A stretch of DNA of 35,608 nt from Cyanobacteria bacterium P01_D01_bin.156 (GTDB taxonomy: Bacteria > Cyanobacteriota > Cyanobacteriia > Phormidesmidales > Phormidesmidaceae). Below the pieces are notes generated by a model. That model saw only the letters and a program-made list of their open reading frames with translations. It was not told the DNA's origin and did not search any database. A program made the translations under genes and the position numbers. This document shows, one piece after another, positions 1 through 8,048 of the stretch. Each line of letters starts with the position of its first letter. Within the stretch, counting starts at the first letter, position 1. Location of the stretch: assembly GCA_039024555.1 (NCBI GenBank), contig JBCCQQ010000063.1, positions 1 to 35,608 of the forward strand. Direction: 5' to 3'.

Positions 1-119
1 ACGTTCATAGAACTCCATAATAAAACTGGCTGATTGGTATGATTTCAGCTAGTTTCGGACATTCCTTGCCAGTTGGCTACAGGGATGTTCTTTTTCTAGA
101 TACTCTCATCTAGTAGAGA

Positions 120-698
120 TTAACTTCGCACTGTCCAGTTATCTAAATTAATTTTAGATTTCCAATTCTCAAATATATTGGAAATCTCTTTCTCTGGAAA
201 AGCCTTTACCCAGTTTTCTTGATGTAGCGCACTTGATGCTACCTGTGAAGTCAAAATTGTAAAGTCATCAGTTCCTTTCATCCCGAAGACGATTTCATGT
301 AATCTTTCATTGCAAGATGTAGAGTGATATCCGCGAGACGCAGCAACATGTGCATTGCAAAGTTTGATATATTCTCTTGACCATCTCATTAATGAGAGAG
401 CTTCATCATCTAGAACAGACCATGAAGCTTCACTCAATGAATTATTAGATACACAATATTTAGCTACCCATCTAAGACTTTGCTCAAGAGCTTTATTCCA
501 AAGCTGTGATTCATACATTCTTCTATTGGTAGACCACTCAGCCGAAATAAAGATAAAATTACGGCAAGTATTGTCGTATATCTTCAAAAGATGAGTAGTT
601 GCCATTTCTTTGCTTTGCTGCAAAAGAGGCTGAGACTCATGATGCTTATCAAGTACATTAGCCTCAATTTCACGAATTTTAGCGGGAATGCGATTCAT
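120..698 (-). CDS. AT-rich hypothetical protein (~192 aa), possibly a truncated foreign gene
   Basis: ORF track gives 120..776, but the upstream part overlaps the neighbouring gene. The first ATG clear of that overlap is at 698 (MNRIPAK). Visibly more AT-rich than the rest of the window; no recognised motif. Confidence 0.45.
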   Translation of the reverse strand: MNRIPAKIREIEANVLDKHHESQPLLQQSKEMATTHLLKIYDNTCRNFIFISAEWSTNRRMYESQLWNKALEQSLRWVAKYCVSNNSLSEASWSVLDDEALSLMRWSREYIKLCNAHVAASRGYHSTSCNERLHEIVFGMKGTDDFTILTSQVASSALHQENWVKAFPEKEISNIFENWKSKINLDNWTVRS

Positions 699-736
699 AT
701 CAAGTACGGCAACAGCTAAGTTTTGAGGTCGACTAC

Positions 737-2389
737 CTACACCTGAGCCAAATGTCGATGTACAAACTGTACGCAAATCGATCCTTCACCTACACCTGAA
801 GCCACCCGCTTCACCGACCCATGGCGTACATCTCCCACCGCAAAGATTCCTGGCACACTGGTCTCCAACAAAAACCGATCTCGCTCTAGTGGCCAGGATG
901 CCTCATTGGGAATATCCGGCCCACTGTAAATAAAGCCTCGCTCATCTCTATTTACCACCCCATCAAGCCAGCCCGTACTGGGTGTCGCCCCAATGAAAAT
1001 AAACAGCGCGTTGGTCTTAAAGGTCTTTACCTTGTCTGCCTGAGAATCTTTTACCAAAATCTCCTCTAGTCGGTCGCCCCCCTTTGCCTCAATCACACTG
1101 TGAAACGGCAACACCTCAATATTGTCAGTCTCAGCAATTTGGTCGATTAAATACTGCGACATGCTTTTTGTTAACGACTCTCCTCGCACCAGCATTCGTA
1201 CATTGCGGGCATATTTCGAGAAGTACATAGCGGCCTGGCCTGCAGAGTTGGCCCCACCAACCACGTACACATCTTCATCCTGACAGGCTGCAGCTTCGGT
1301 TTGGGCGGCACCATAATATACGCCAGCCCCAGTAAATTGTTCTACACCGGGCACTGTCAACCGTCGCCAGGAGACTCCCATGGCCAAAATTAAAGCATGA
1401 CAGCTAACCTCACTACCGTCCGACAGGGTAACAATTCGATAATTATCTTCCAACCGAATACCGGTTGCTTCCTGCGGGGTTAAAATCTCCACCCCAAACC
1501 GTTTTGCTTGGGTAACGGCGCGTCTTGCTAAATCGCCACCGCTCAGCCCCACGGGAAACCCTAGGTAGTTTTCAATGCGGGAACTGGTTCCTGCCTGGCC
1601 ACCCGGTGCTTCTCGCTCAATCATTACCGTACGCAACCCCTCTGATGCACCATATACAGCAGCGGCTAACCCTGCTGGGCCACCGCCAACAATCATCAGA
1701 TCGTAAAACGGGTTTGTTGCTTCGGTTTGCATTCCCACCTGCTGGGCCAGGTCGGCGGTGCTGGGCTTCACTAATTTCTCGCCACTGGGTAACACCACCA
1801 GTGGTAAACAGGGGTTATCCTTTTCCCCAGCGTAGGTTACCAACTGTCGTGCTTCTGGGTTTGACTCAATGTCTAACCAGCGATAGGGCACCTGGTTTCG
1901 TGAGAGAAAATCTCGCAGGGCATGGGATTTAGGCGACCAGCGATCGCTAATCACTTTTACCCCCTGAAATGCTGGCTTATAAGTCGCTTGCCAATCCTGA
2001 ATTAGGTCATCTAGTACTGGATAGAGCTTCTCTTCTGGTGGGTCCCAAGGTTTTAGCAGATAGTAATCTAGCTGAGCAGTATTAATGGCATCGATGGCTG
2101 CATTGGTATCCGCATAGGCCGTTAGTAATGCTCGCTTTGCCTGGGAAAAAATATCTGAGGCTTTATCCAAAAATTCAACGCCGCTCATTCCTGGCATTCG
2201 CTGGTCTGCTAAAAATAGAGCCACTGTATTGCCCCGAAGCTTGAGCTGTTGTGTAGCCTCTAGTGCTGTTGCCCCAGAGTCAGCGCGGACGATACGAAAG
2301 CGGTCACCGTACTGCTTTCTCAGGTCGCGGGCAATGGCTTGCAAGACAGCTGGATCGTCATCAATGGTGAGAATAACGGGCTTATCCAT
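737..2389 (-). CDS. Response-regulator receiver domain fused to a thioredoxin-reductase-like FAD/NAD(P)H oxidoreductase
   Basis: N-terminal REC motifs ILTIDDD, FLADQRMP, LLTAY, LLKPW. FAD-binding IVGGGPAGL, NAD(P)-binding VVGGANSAG, C-terminal ETSVPGIFAVGDV. Confidence 0.93.
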   Translation of the reverse strand: MDKPVILTIDDDPAVLQAIARDLRKQYGDRFRIVRADSGATALEATQQLKLRGNTVALFLADQRMPGMSGVEFLDKASDIFSQAKRALLTAYADTNAAIDAINTAQLDYYLLKPWDPPEEKLYPVLDDLIQDWQATYKPAFQGVKVISDRWSPKSHALRDFLSRNQVPYRWLDIESNPEARQLVTYAGEKDNPCLPLVVLPSGEKLVKPSTADLAQQVGMQTEATNPFYDLMIVGGGPAGLAAAVYGASEGLRTVMIEREAPGGQAGTSSRIENYLGFPVGLSGGDLARRAVTQAKRFGVEILTPQEATGIRLEDNYRIVTLSDGSEVSCHALILAMGVSWRRLTVPGVEQFTGAGVYYGAAQTEAAACQDEDVYVVGGANSAGQAAMYFSKYARNVRMLVRGESLTKSMSQYLIDQIAETDNIEVLPFHSVIEAKGGDRLEEILVKDSQADKVKTFKTNALFIFIGATPSTGWLDGVVNRDERGFIYSGPDIPNEASWPLERDRFLLETSVPGIFAVGDVRHGSVKRVASGVGEGSICVQFVHRHLAQV

Positions 2390-2475
2390 GGGGCAATAGG
2401 TAACGTGTTCTCTGCATTCTTACAAATTCTGAGCCATCTTTGTATAGGGATGACTAGACTTAATTCATATACAAA

Positions 2476-3297
2476 ATGAGTGGCTACTTTATGGCCATTT
2501 TCAACCCCAGACCCATGAATGCGAGCAAACGGTTTGAAACGCAGGGCTACATTATTCTAAAAAAGCTCTTTGAGAAGGTGGAAATAGACAAAATCAGCTT
2601 TATTGTCGAGCGCATCTATGACCAGTGGCGACAGGAAAATTACCCTGCGTTAATCGCGCAACAGCTGGTTAATATGCATTCGCTTACCCATCCCAAATAC
2701 TTTTGCCACAGTTCTGAAAGGGTTGAGTTTTTTAATCTGATTGCATCTGCAAAGCTCACCAACGCTCTGGAACAAATATTTAGTAAGGGAATTTATTTTC
2801 ACAATACGCAGTTATTTTTTAATCCTTACAGCACCCAAAAACAACCCTACTGGCATCGTGATTTGCAATACAGTCCTATCGAGGACAGTGTGCAGGCAGC
2901 TGAACAGCCTCGTATGACTAGCCTTCATGCACGGATTCCCCTATTGGCTGAAAAAGGAATCGAGCTGATTCCGGATAGCCATACTCGTTGGGATACTGAA
3001 CTAGAACACAATGTGCGCTTTGAATTCAATGGTCACAGAAACTGTGAACCTTTACCGGGTTCGGTTTTGATTCAGCTGGAACCCGGTGATGTGTTGATAT
3101 TTAGTGCTCAGATGATTCATCGGGGTAACTACCACCTCAATCCTAAACGTAGAGCCTTAGATCTGTGTTTAGGCAAGCCCCATCGTTTGGTCTCAAGTTT
3201 CTTGGATATTACTGGACTCCCTAGCGATACAGAGATGGAACATATTCACCAGAGGCAGTGGTATACCCTAGCCAAAACCATTGCCTCCAACGTTTAA
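2476..3297 (+). CDS. Phytanoyl-CoA dioxygenase (PhyH) family Fe(II)/2-oxoglutarate dioxygenase
   Basis: FETQGYIIL N-terminus, WHRD (HxD), LEPGDVLIF..MIHRG distal His and RRA. The true start may be ATG 2491 or 2515. Confidence 0.85.
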   Translation: MSGYFMAIFNPRPMNASKRFETQGYIILKKLFEKVEIDKISFIVERIYDQWRQENYPALIAQQLVNMHSLTHPKYFCHSSERVEFFNLIASAKLTNALEQIFSKGIYFHNTQLFFNPYSTQKQPYWHRDLQYSPIEDSVQAAEQPRMTSLHARIPLLAEKGIELIPDSHTRWDTELEHNVRFEFNGHRNCEPLPGSVLIQLEPGDVLIFSAQMIHRGNYHLNPKRRALDLCLGKPHRLVSSFLDITGLPSDTEMEHIHQRQWYTLAKTIASNV

Positions 3298-3999
3298 ATG
3301 TCCCAGCCCTTCTCTCAATACGACAAACGTCATTACCCAACGGTCAATGCCGTAACAGGTTACCAACAGTGGGCATCTACCTACGACCAAACCGTGTACG
3401 ACGAGCTAGATCTGCCCTTATTAAATCGTCTACAGACAGTTGACTGGCCTCAAATAAAATATGCTGTCGATTTAGGCTGTGGCACCGGTCGAATAGGCCA
3501 ATGGTTAGCACAACAAGGCTTAGAACACATTGATGGTGTGGATTGTTCTCATGCCATGGCAGAAATAGCTATGTCAAAACAAAGTTACAATCAAATCTCG
3601 GTTACAGACATGGCTCAAACGCCTTTTTTGGAGAGCAGTTACAATCTTGTTATCACAAGCCTTGCCCTCTGCCATGTTTCTGATCTTTCAGGGTTCTATC
3701 AAGAAGCCGCCCATTTGTTAGGTAACCAAGGAATCTGTATTGTTGTTGACTACCATCCATTCTTTTTACTAAACGGAATTCCCACTCATTTTGAGTCTAT
3801 ATCAGGGGAATCCATTGCGATTGACAATAGTGTTCACCTACACAGCGATCACATCCAGAACGCTCATCAGGTTAAATTCAAACTTTTAGAAATGCACGAA
3901 CGCCTTGTGGATGTTGAATGGATTCAACAACAGCCAACCATGGTGAAATACCAACACCAACCCATTAGCTTTTGTATGGTCTGGCAAAAACACGCCTAG
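3298..3999 (+). CDS. Class I SAM-dependent methyltransferase
   Basis: Motif I VDLGCGTG, GVDCSHAM, GY..WA..YD N-terminus. Starts immediately after the upstream stop (TAAATG). Confidence 0.9.
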   Translation: MSQPFSQYDKRHYPTVNAVTGYQQWASTYDQTVYDELDLPLLNRLQTVDWPQIKYAVDLGCGTGRIGQWLAQQGLEHIDGVDCSHAMAEIAMSKQSYNQISVTDMAQTPFLESSYNLVITSLALCHVSDLSGFYQEAAHLLGNQGICIVVDYHPFFLLNGIPTHFESISGESIAIDNSVHLHSDHIQNAHQVKFKLLEMHERLVDVEWIQQQPTMVKYQHQPISFCMVWQKHA

Positions 4000-4036
4000 A
4001 ACAAGCCCATAGTGGTTAAAACCCTTGATTACACAG

Positions 4037-4597
4037 TTACGCTTTAACCGGTAATCCTTCCCAAAGTCGCTCCGGCAATTGGGCAACAGCTCGCTGAAAT
4101 GGTGCAGGGTCACCCAAACCACGGGATAAGATTAAGGCCCCTTGGATGGTGATGATGGCATCTTCGCTGCGCTGCTGTGCTTTTTCTGGTTCCAGACCTG
4201 CTTCTACTAAAACGGATGCGATCGCATACATTAACATCTGCAATCGCTCCTTAATAGCCTCGTGAAACATATCCCGCGATGTATCCAATGTCAGAGAAGC
4301 CAGTAAACATGGCTGTTCACCTGCTTCGTAAAGCGTAGAGATGCGATCGCACATAGCTTGCAATTTTGCCAAAGGCTCCCCCTCTCCCTGTAGCGGGGCC
4401 ACAATATTGACCGCTATCCATTCACCAGAATAAGCCAACGTTTCCTTCACCATCTCTGCCTTTCCGCCGGGGAAGTGATGGTACAAACTTGCCTTACCTA
4501 AGCCCGTCGCCTCAGAAATTTTCGACAGGCTAACCCCGTCATACCCATGGTGACGAAAAAGTCGAAACAATACCGGCAAATAAGTTTCACGCGCCAC
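4037..4597 (-). CDS. TetR/AcrR family transcriptional regulator
   Basis: HTH signature LFRHHGYDGVSLSKISEATGLGKASLYHHFPGGK. Likely start GTG 4597 (ORF track gives TTG 4618). Confidence 0.93.
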   Translation of the reverse strand: MARETYLPVLFRLFRHHGYDGVSLSKISEATGLGKASLYHHFPGGKAEMVKETLAYSGEWIAVNIVAPLQGEGEPLAKLQAMCDRISTLYEAGEQPCLLASLTLDTSRDMFHEAIKERLQMLMYAIASVLVEAGLEPEKAQQRSEDAIITIQGALILSRGLGDPAPFQRAVAQLPERLWEGLPVKA

Positions 4598-4643
4598 AAA
4601 TAAACAATCCAACTTCAAAACAATTATCTGCTTGATAGCAGTA

Positions 4644-4697
4644 TTGACATTGTACCGAACGAACGGTACAAATTATCTAGACCGAACGAACGGTACA
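4644..4697 (+). promoter_or_regulatory. Sigma70-type promoter of gst overlapped by two TetR-type operators
   Basis: TTGACA at 4644-4649 and TACAAA 17 bp later at 4667-4672. Palindrome TTGTACCG-AACGAA-CGGTACAA at 4650-4671 and second copy TAGACCG-AACGAA-CGGTACA at 4678-4697. Confidence 0.8.
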
Positions 4698-4732
4698 GTC
4701 AATTTAATCAACTACCAAATCGGAGCCAACCC

Positions 4733-5347
4733 ATGCCCACACTTTATGGCCATCCCATGTCCGGCAACAGTTATAAGGTAAAACTCTTGCTGAGTCTTTT
4801 AGGCATTGACTATGAATGGGTCACCGTAGACCTGCTCAAAGGAGAGCATAAGCAACCCAAGTTTCTCAGCCTGAATTCCTTTGGCCAAGTCCCCGTTCTC
4901 GTGGATGGTGATGTAGTTGTAGCGGATGCTCAGGGAGCCTTGTTTTATCTGGCGCATCAGCACAACGATACCTGGCTCCCTAAAGATCCTGTTGCCATGG
5001 CGAATGTCATCCGTTGGTTGTCCATCACCACTGGTGAAGTGCGCCAGGGTCCAGAATCAGCAAGGCTTTACCATCTGTTTGGAGCTAAAGCTATCAACAT
5101 TGAGCGCGCTACGGAAAAGGCCACATTTATTCTCGATCAGCTGAATCAACACCTGAGTGCACATACCTGGCTTGTGGGGGAGACTCCGACCATCGCGGAT
5201 GTGGCCGTTTTTCCCTATGTAGCACTAGCACCGGATGGCAAAATTGCTCTCTCTCCCTATCCAAACGTATTAGCCTGGGTTGAAAGAATTAAGCATCTGC
5301 CTGGATTTATCGGAATGCGTAGCATCGAAGCCCCAATTGCAGACTAA
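4733..5347 (+). CDS. Glutathione S-transferase family protein
   Basis: SGNSYKV N-terminus, LNSFGQVPVLVDG, WLVGETPTIADVAVFPY, YPNVLAWVERI. Confidence 0.95.
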   Translation: MPTLYGHPMSGNSYKVKLLLSLLGIDYEWVTVDLLKGEHKQPKFLSLNSFGQVPVLVDGDVVVADAQGALFYLAHQHNDTWLPKDPVAMANVIRWLSITTGEVRQGPESARLYHLFGAKAINIERATEKATFILDQLNQHLSAHTWLVGETPTIADVAVFPYVALAPDGKIALSPYPNVLAWVERIKHLPGFIGMRSIEAPIAD

Positions 5348-5352
5348 AAAAA

Positions 5353-5388
5353 TAGATGGGGACTGTACGCTAATCTTATCCCCATCTA
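5353..5388 (+). terminator. Inverted repeat after gst (terminator or mRNA-stabilising stem)
   Basis: TAGATGGGGA (5353-5362) / TCCCCATCTA (5379-5388): perfect 10-bp arms, 16-nt loop, no strong U tract. Confidence 0.5.
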
Positions 5389-5487
5389 ATCTGCTATTCA
5401 AAACTGTTAACAGCGTAGAAAAATCTACTCTCCTTTAAACAGTTTCATTTTTCATATTCCCAGCAAAATCTCACCCTAAACAAAACT

Positions 5488-6102
5488 ATGGCTAGCAAAT
5501 TTGCCGACATCGCCTTTACCTCTGCAGTAAAAGCGGCCCAAACTGAGCGTGGTTCTCGGGAAACCTATGAACGCTATACAGCTAAAGCCCCAGCCAACGA
5601 CACCATTACCCCAGAGCTAGCCGACTTTATTGCCCAACTCGATGGTAGCTATCTGGGGACTGTCAGTTCCAATGGCTATCCATATATCCAGTTTCGCGGT
5701 GGCCCGCCTGGCTTTCTCAAAGTGTTAGATAACAAAACCATTGGGTTTGCTGATTTTTCTGGCAATGTTCAATACATTACCGTTGGCAATCTGTCCGAAA
5801 ATGACAAAGCTTTTCTGTTTCTAATGGACTATCGCCACCGCCGTCGCTACAAACTTTGGGGACATGCCCGCTACGTAGAGAACGATCCGGACCTCATTGA
5901 ACAACTTCGCATGCCAGATTATCCGGCCACCATTGAACGGGCCGTATTATTTACGGTAGAAGCCTTTAGCCAAAACTGTCCCCAACATATTCCTGTGCGC
6001 TATTCTGAGACAGAACTACAGACTGCCATTGCAGCTGCAACCGCTCCTTTGCAGGCTAGAATCCGTGAATTAGAGAACAGCACCAAAACCAATGGTAGAT
6101 GA
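5488..6102 (+). CDS. Pyridoxamine 5'-phosphate oxidase-like FMN-binding protein
   Basis: F.DIAFT.AVKAAQ..RGSR, GYPYIQFRGGPPGFLKVLD, FADFSGN.QYITVGNL, FLFLMDY, NCPQHIP. Confidence 0.92.
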   Translation: MASKFADIAFTSAVKAAQTERGSRETYERYTAKAPANDTITPELADFIAQLDGSYLGTVSSNGYPYIQFRGGPPGFLKVLDNKTIGFADFSGNVQYITVGNLSENDKAFLFLMDYRHRRRYKLWGHARYVENDPDLIEQLRMPDYPATIERAVLFTVEAFSQNCPQHIPVRYSETELQTAIAAATAPLQARIRELENSTKTNGR

Positions 6103-6153
6103 ATCTGTTATTCAATTATTGTTGCAATTAGCAAACATCTCCTATCTGACACC

Positions 6154-6402
6154 ATGGAACCCTATATTCCCCCTGCCTGTAGCTTTACCGACTATCTAGA
6201 AGCTGCCGCTGTGCGGCATCAGGTATCCCATATCGTCTATCGAGATGATGCCAACCAGCGCCAAGAGGTACAGGCCAAAATTGTTGATATCTATGCAGCT
6301 AATGGAGCCGACTGGTGCAAACTCGATAACGGGACTATCCTTCGCCTAGATCACATTAGACAATTTAATGACCAGAAGAATGAGGGCACCTGCAAAATTT
6401 AA
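6154..6402 (+). CDS. rof: Rof/YaeO family (Rho-binding antiterminator-like) small protein
   Basis: Y.P..C...D.LE.A...H, QAK..D and LRLD.I..F match the E. coli YaeO pattern as I recall it; 82 aa is the family size. Confidence 0.78.
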   Translation: MEPYIPPACSFTDYLEAAAVRHQVSHIVYRDDANQRQEVQAKIVDIYAANGADWCKLDNGTILRLDHIRQFNDQKNEGTCKI

Positions 6403-6433
6403 TACGGATGTAAGCTGATGATGCGCCGGTTGC

Positions 6434-7201
6434 TTATCCTAAAAACTGTTGCACCATGCCCATCATCACAACCCCAGTGGCAACACCAACAGAACCATTG
6501 CCTTTGATTGCGCTAAGGTTTAACTCAGGCAACAATTCATGGATAACAACAAATACCATAGCACCAGCCGCTGCGGCCATGCCTATGGGGGCGATTACTG
6601 CTCCAATCTCTACCAATGCCACCCCTACCCAGCTGCCTAAAGGCTCTAACCAGCCAGACATGGTTGCCAAAGCTACAGCACTACCCGCACCGTACCCTAG
6701 CTGACGTAGAGCCAAGGCCACCATTAACCCTTCAGGCAAATTTTGCAAAGCTACACCTATGGCAATAGTGATGCTATGGGTTGTCTGTGTACCCAACCCC
6801 ACAGCCAATCCTTCGGGAAAGTGATGTAAGGCAATGGCGAGGACAAACAGCCATATAGAACGGGATTGAGACTGCTGTTCTAAGGTGGGTTCTGGCCAGA
6901 GGTTTTCTACACCATACATTAGGGCCGCACCGCCTGCAGCAGCGATCGATAGAAACATTATTCTTGTTGGCCAGCTTAGGTCGTGTTCCATTAATCTGAC
7001 GGCGGGCAACAGGAGTGAAAAGGCTGCTGCCGAGAGCATAATGCCACTGCCTACACTGAGTAGCAGTGTTTTCCAACGGTTACTGAGCTGGGACGTAAAT
7101 ATCACAGGCAATGCCCCAAGCCCTGTACCCGTACTAGCCAATAAACTAGCTACCATCCCATCGGAAGCGATGGTAGACCAAGATTGAGAAAGGTGCTCCA
7201 T
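6434..7201 (-). CDS. zupT: ZIP family (ZupT/GufA) divalent metal transporter
   Basis: Multi-TM protein with AIALHHFPEGLAVG, ALQNLPEGL and AAGAMVFVVIHELLPE. Confidence 0.9.
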   Translation of the reverse strand: MEHLSQSWSTIASDGMVASLLASTGTGLGALPVIFTSQLSNRWKTLLLSVGSGIMLSAAAFSLLLPAVRLMEHDLSWPTRIMFLSIAAAGGAALMYGVENLWPEPTLEQQSQSRSIWLFVLAIALHHFPEGLAVGLGTQTTHSITIAIGVALQNLPEGLMVALALRQLGYGAGSAVALATMSGWLEPLGSWVGVALVEIGAVIAPIGMAAAAGAMVFVVIHELLPELNLSAIKGNGSVGVATGVVMMGMVQQFLG

Positions 7202-7232
7202 AGAAAACTTCCAAACTCATGGCCTTATATTA

Positions 7233-7257
7233 ACTCAAACTCATTATGAGTATGAGT
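7233..7257. promoter_or_regulatory. 12-1-12 near-perfect palindrome upstream of the ZIP gene; candidate metalloregulator operator
   Basis: ACTCAAACTCAT-T-ATGAGTATGAGT (one mismatch), 31 bp upstream of the start codon. Confidence 0.5.
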
Positions 7258-7473
7258 GAGATCGATCACTTAACTTGGCATCTAGAATCAAAGTAGGAAA
7301 GTATAAATTTTGGCTAAATCTCACGATGTCATACGCAAAAAGTTCTAATCTTTAAAGACGGCATCTTATCTGTAAAAAGACTGTGAATAGGTCGGTTCAT
7401 CCGTAAAAAAACCCACGCAGGTTGGAAGAATGCTCGCCTATTGTAAAAGCGTACTGAGTAACATTTATTACCC

Positions 7474-7761
7474 ATGAACGCATCTACAGCCGCTTCTCAG
7501 ATCACGATTCGCTTACCTAAGCGACTAGATAGCTTTGTCTCACCATTTTTCGCACAAGATCTTAAGAAAAAGCTTCGTCCCGGTGTCACAGTCACTATCG
7601 ATATGGCTAGAACTCAGTTTATTGAGCCTGCAACAGCATCCATCTTTTGGGATGGCATTCTGCAGTGTCATCGTCAGGGTGCCAAGATGATTGCGAAGGG
7701 AATGAATCAGCAAGTTAGCTTAGTTCTAGAGAGATCCGGGTTGTTACCCCATTTGCAATAA
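7474..7761 (+). CDS. STAS-domain protein (anti-sigma-factor antagonist-like)
   Basis: 95 aa; LPKRLD, VTIDMARTQFI, M..QVSLVLERSGL pattern. The canonical DSSG phosphoserine motif reads EPAT here. Confidence 0.75.
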   Translation: MNASTAASQITIRLPKRLDSFVSPFFAQDLKKKLRPGVTVTIDMARTQFIEPATASIFWDGILQCHRQGAKMIAKGMNQQVSLVLERSGLLPHLQ

Positions 7762-7890
7762 GTTCATGGTGCGGAGACCACCCGCAAAGAAAAGGCGATT
7801 CATAGTCCTCTACTTAGATGAATTATTAAAAGATTGTTCTAGTTTGAAAAGAGAACAATATCTTGCGAAGGAGCTGTGTCAGCACTATGC

Positions 7891-7940
7891 AACATCAAAG
7901 ACGTAAGAGCTTGACGTCAAGCTCTTACGTCTTTGATGTT
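7891..7940. repeat. Perfect 50-bp loopless palindrome
   Basis: AACATCAAAGACGTAAGAGCTTGAC|GTCAAGCTCTTACGTCTTTGATGTT, checked base by base. Confidence 0.95.
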
Positions 7941-8037
7941 TTACGTGTCTGATGTAGTCGGGTGGATTCCTAGATGATGTAACGCTTTGAGTACATTGAA
8001 ATGAGCGCTCTCTAGCATTAGGCACGACAAACGATAT

Positions 8038-8043
8038 TATAGT
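8038..8043 (+). promoter_or_regulatory. Probable -10 element of rnpB
   Basis: TATAGT about 6 nt upstream of the predicted P1 5' strand; no clear -35. Confidence 0.5.
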
Positions 8044-8048
8044 TAGTC

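Noticed and set aside
4654..4697. Direct repeats here and at 32915 and 34832 as possible mini-CRISPR arrays
   Set aside because: Only two copies each, spacers too short or absent, no cas genes.
7891..7940. Palindrome as a protelomerase (telRL-like) site or transposon end
   Set aside because: The size is similar, but no protelomerase, transposase or phage gene is in the window; template switching explains it more simply.
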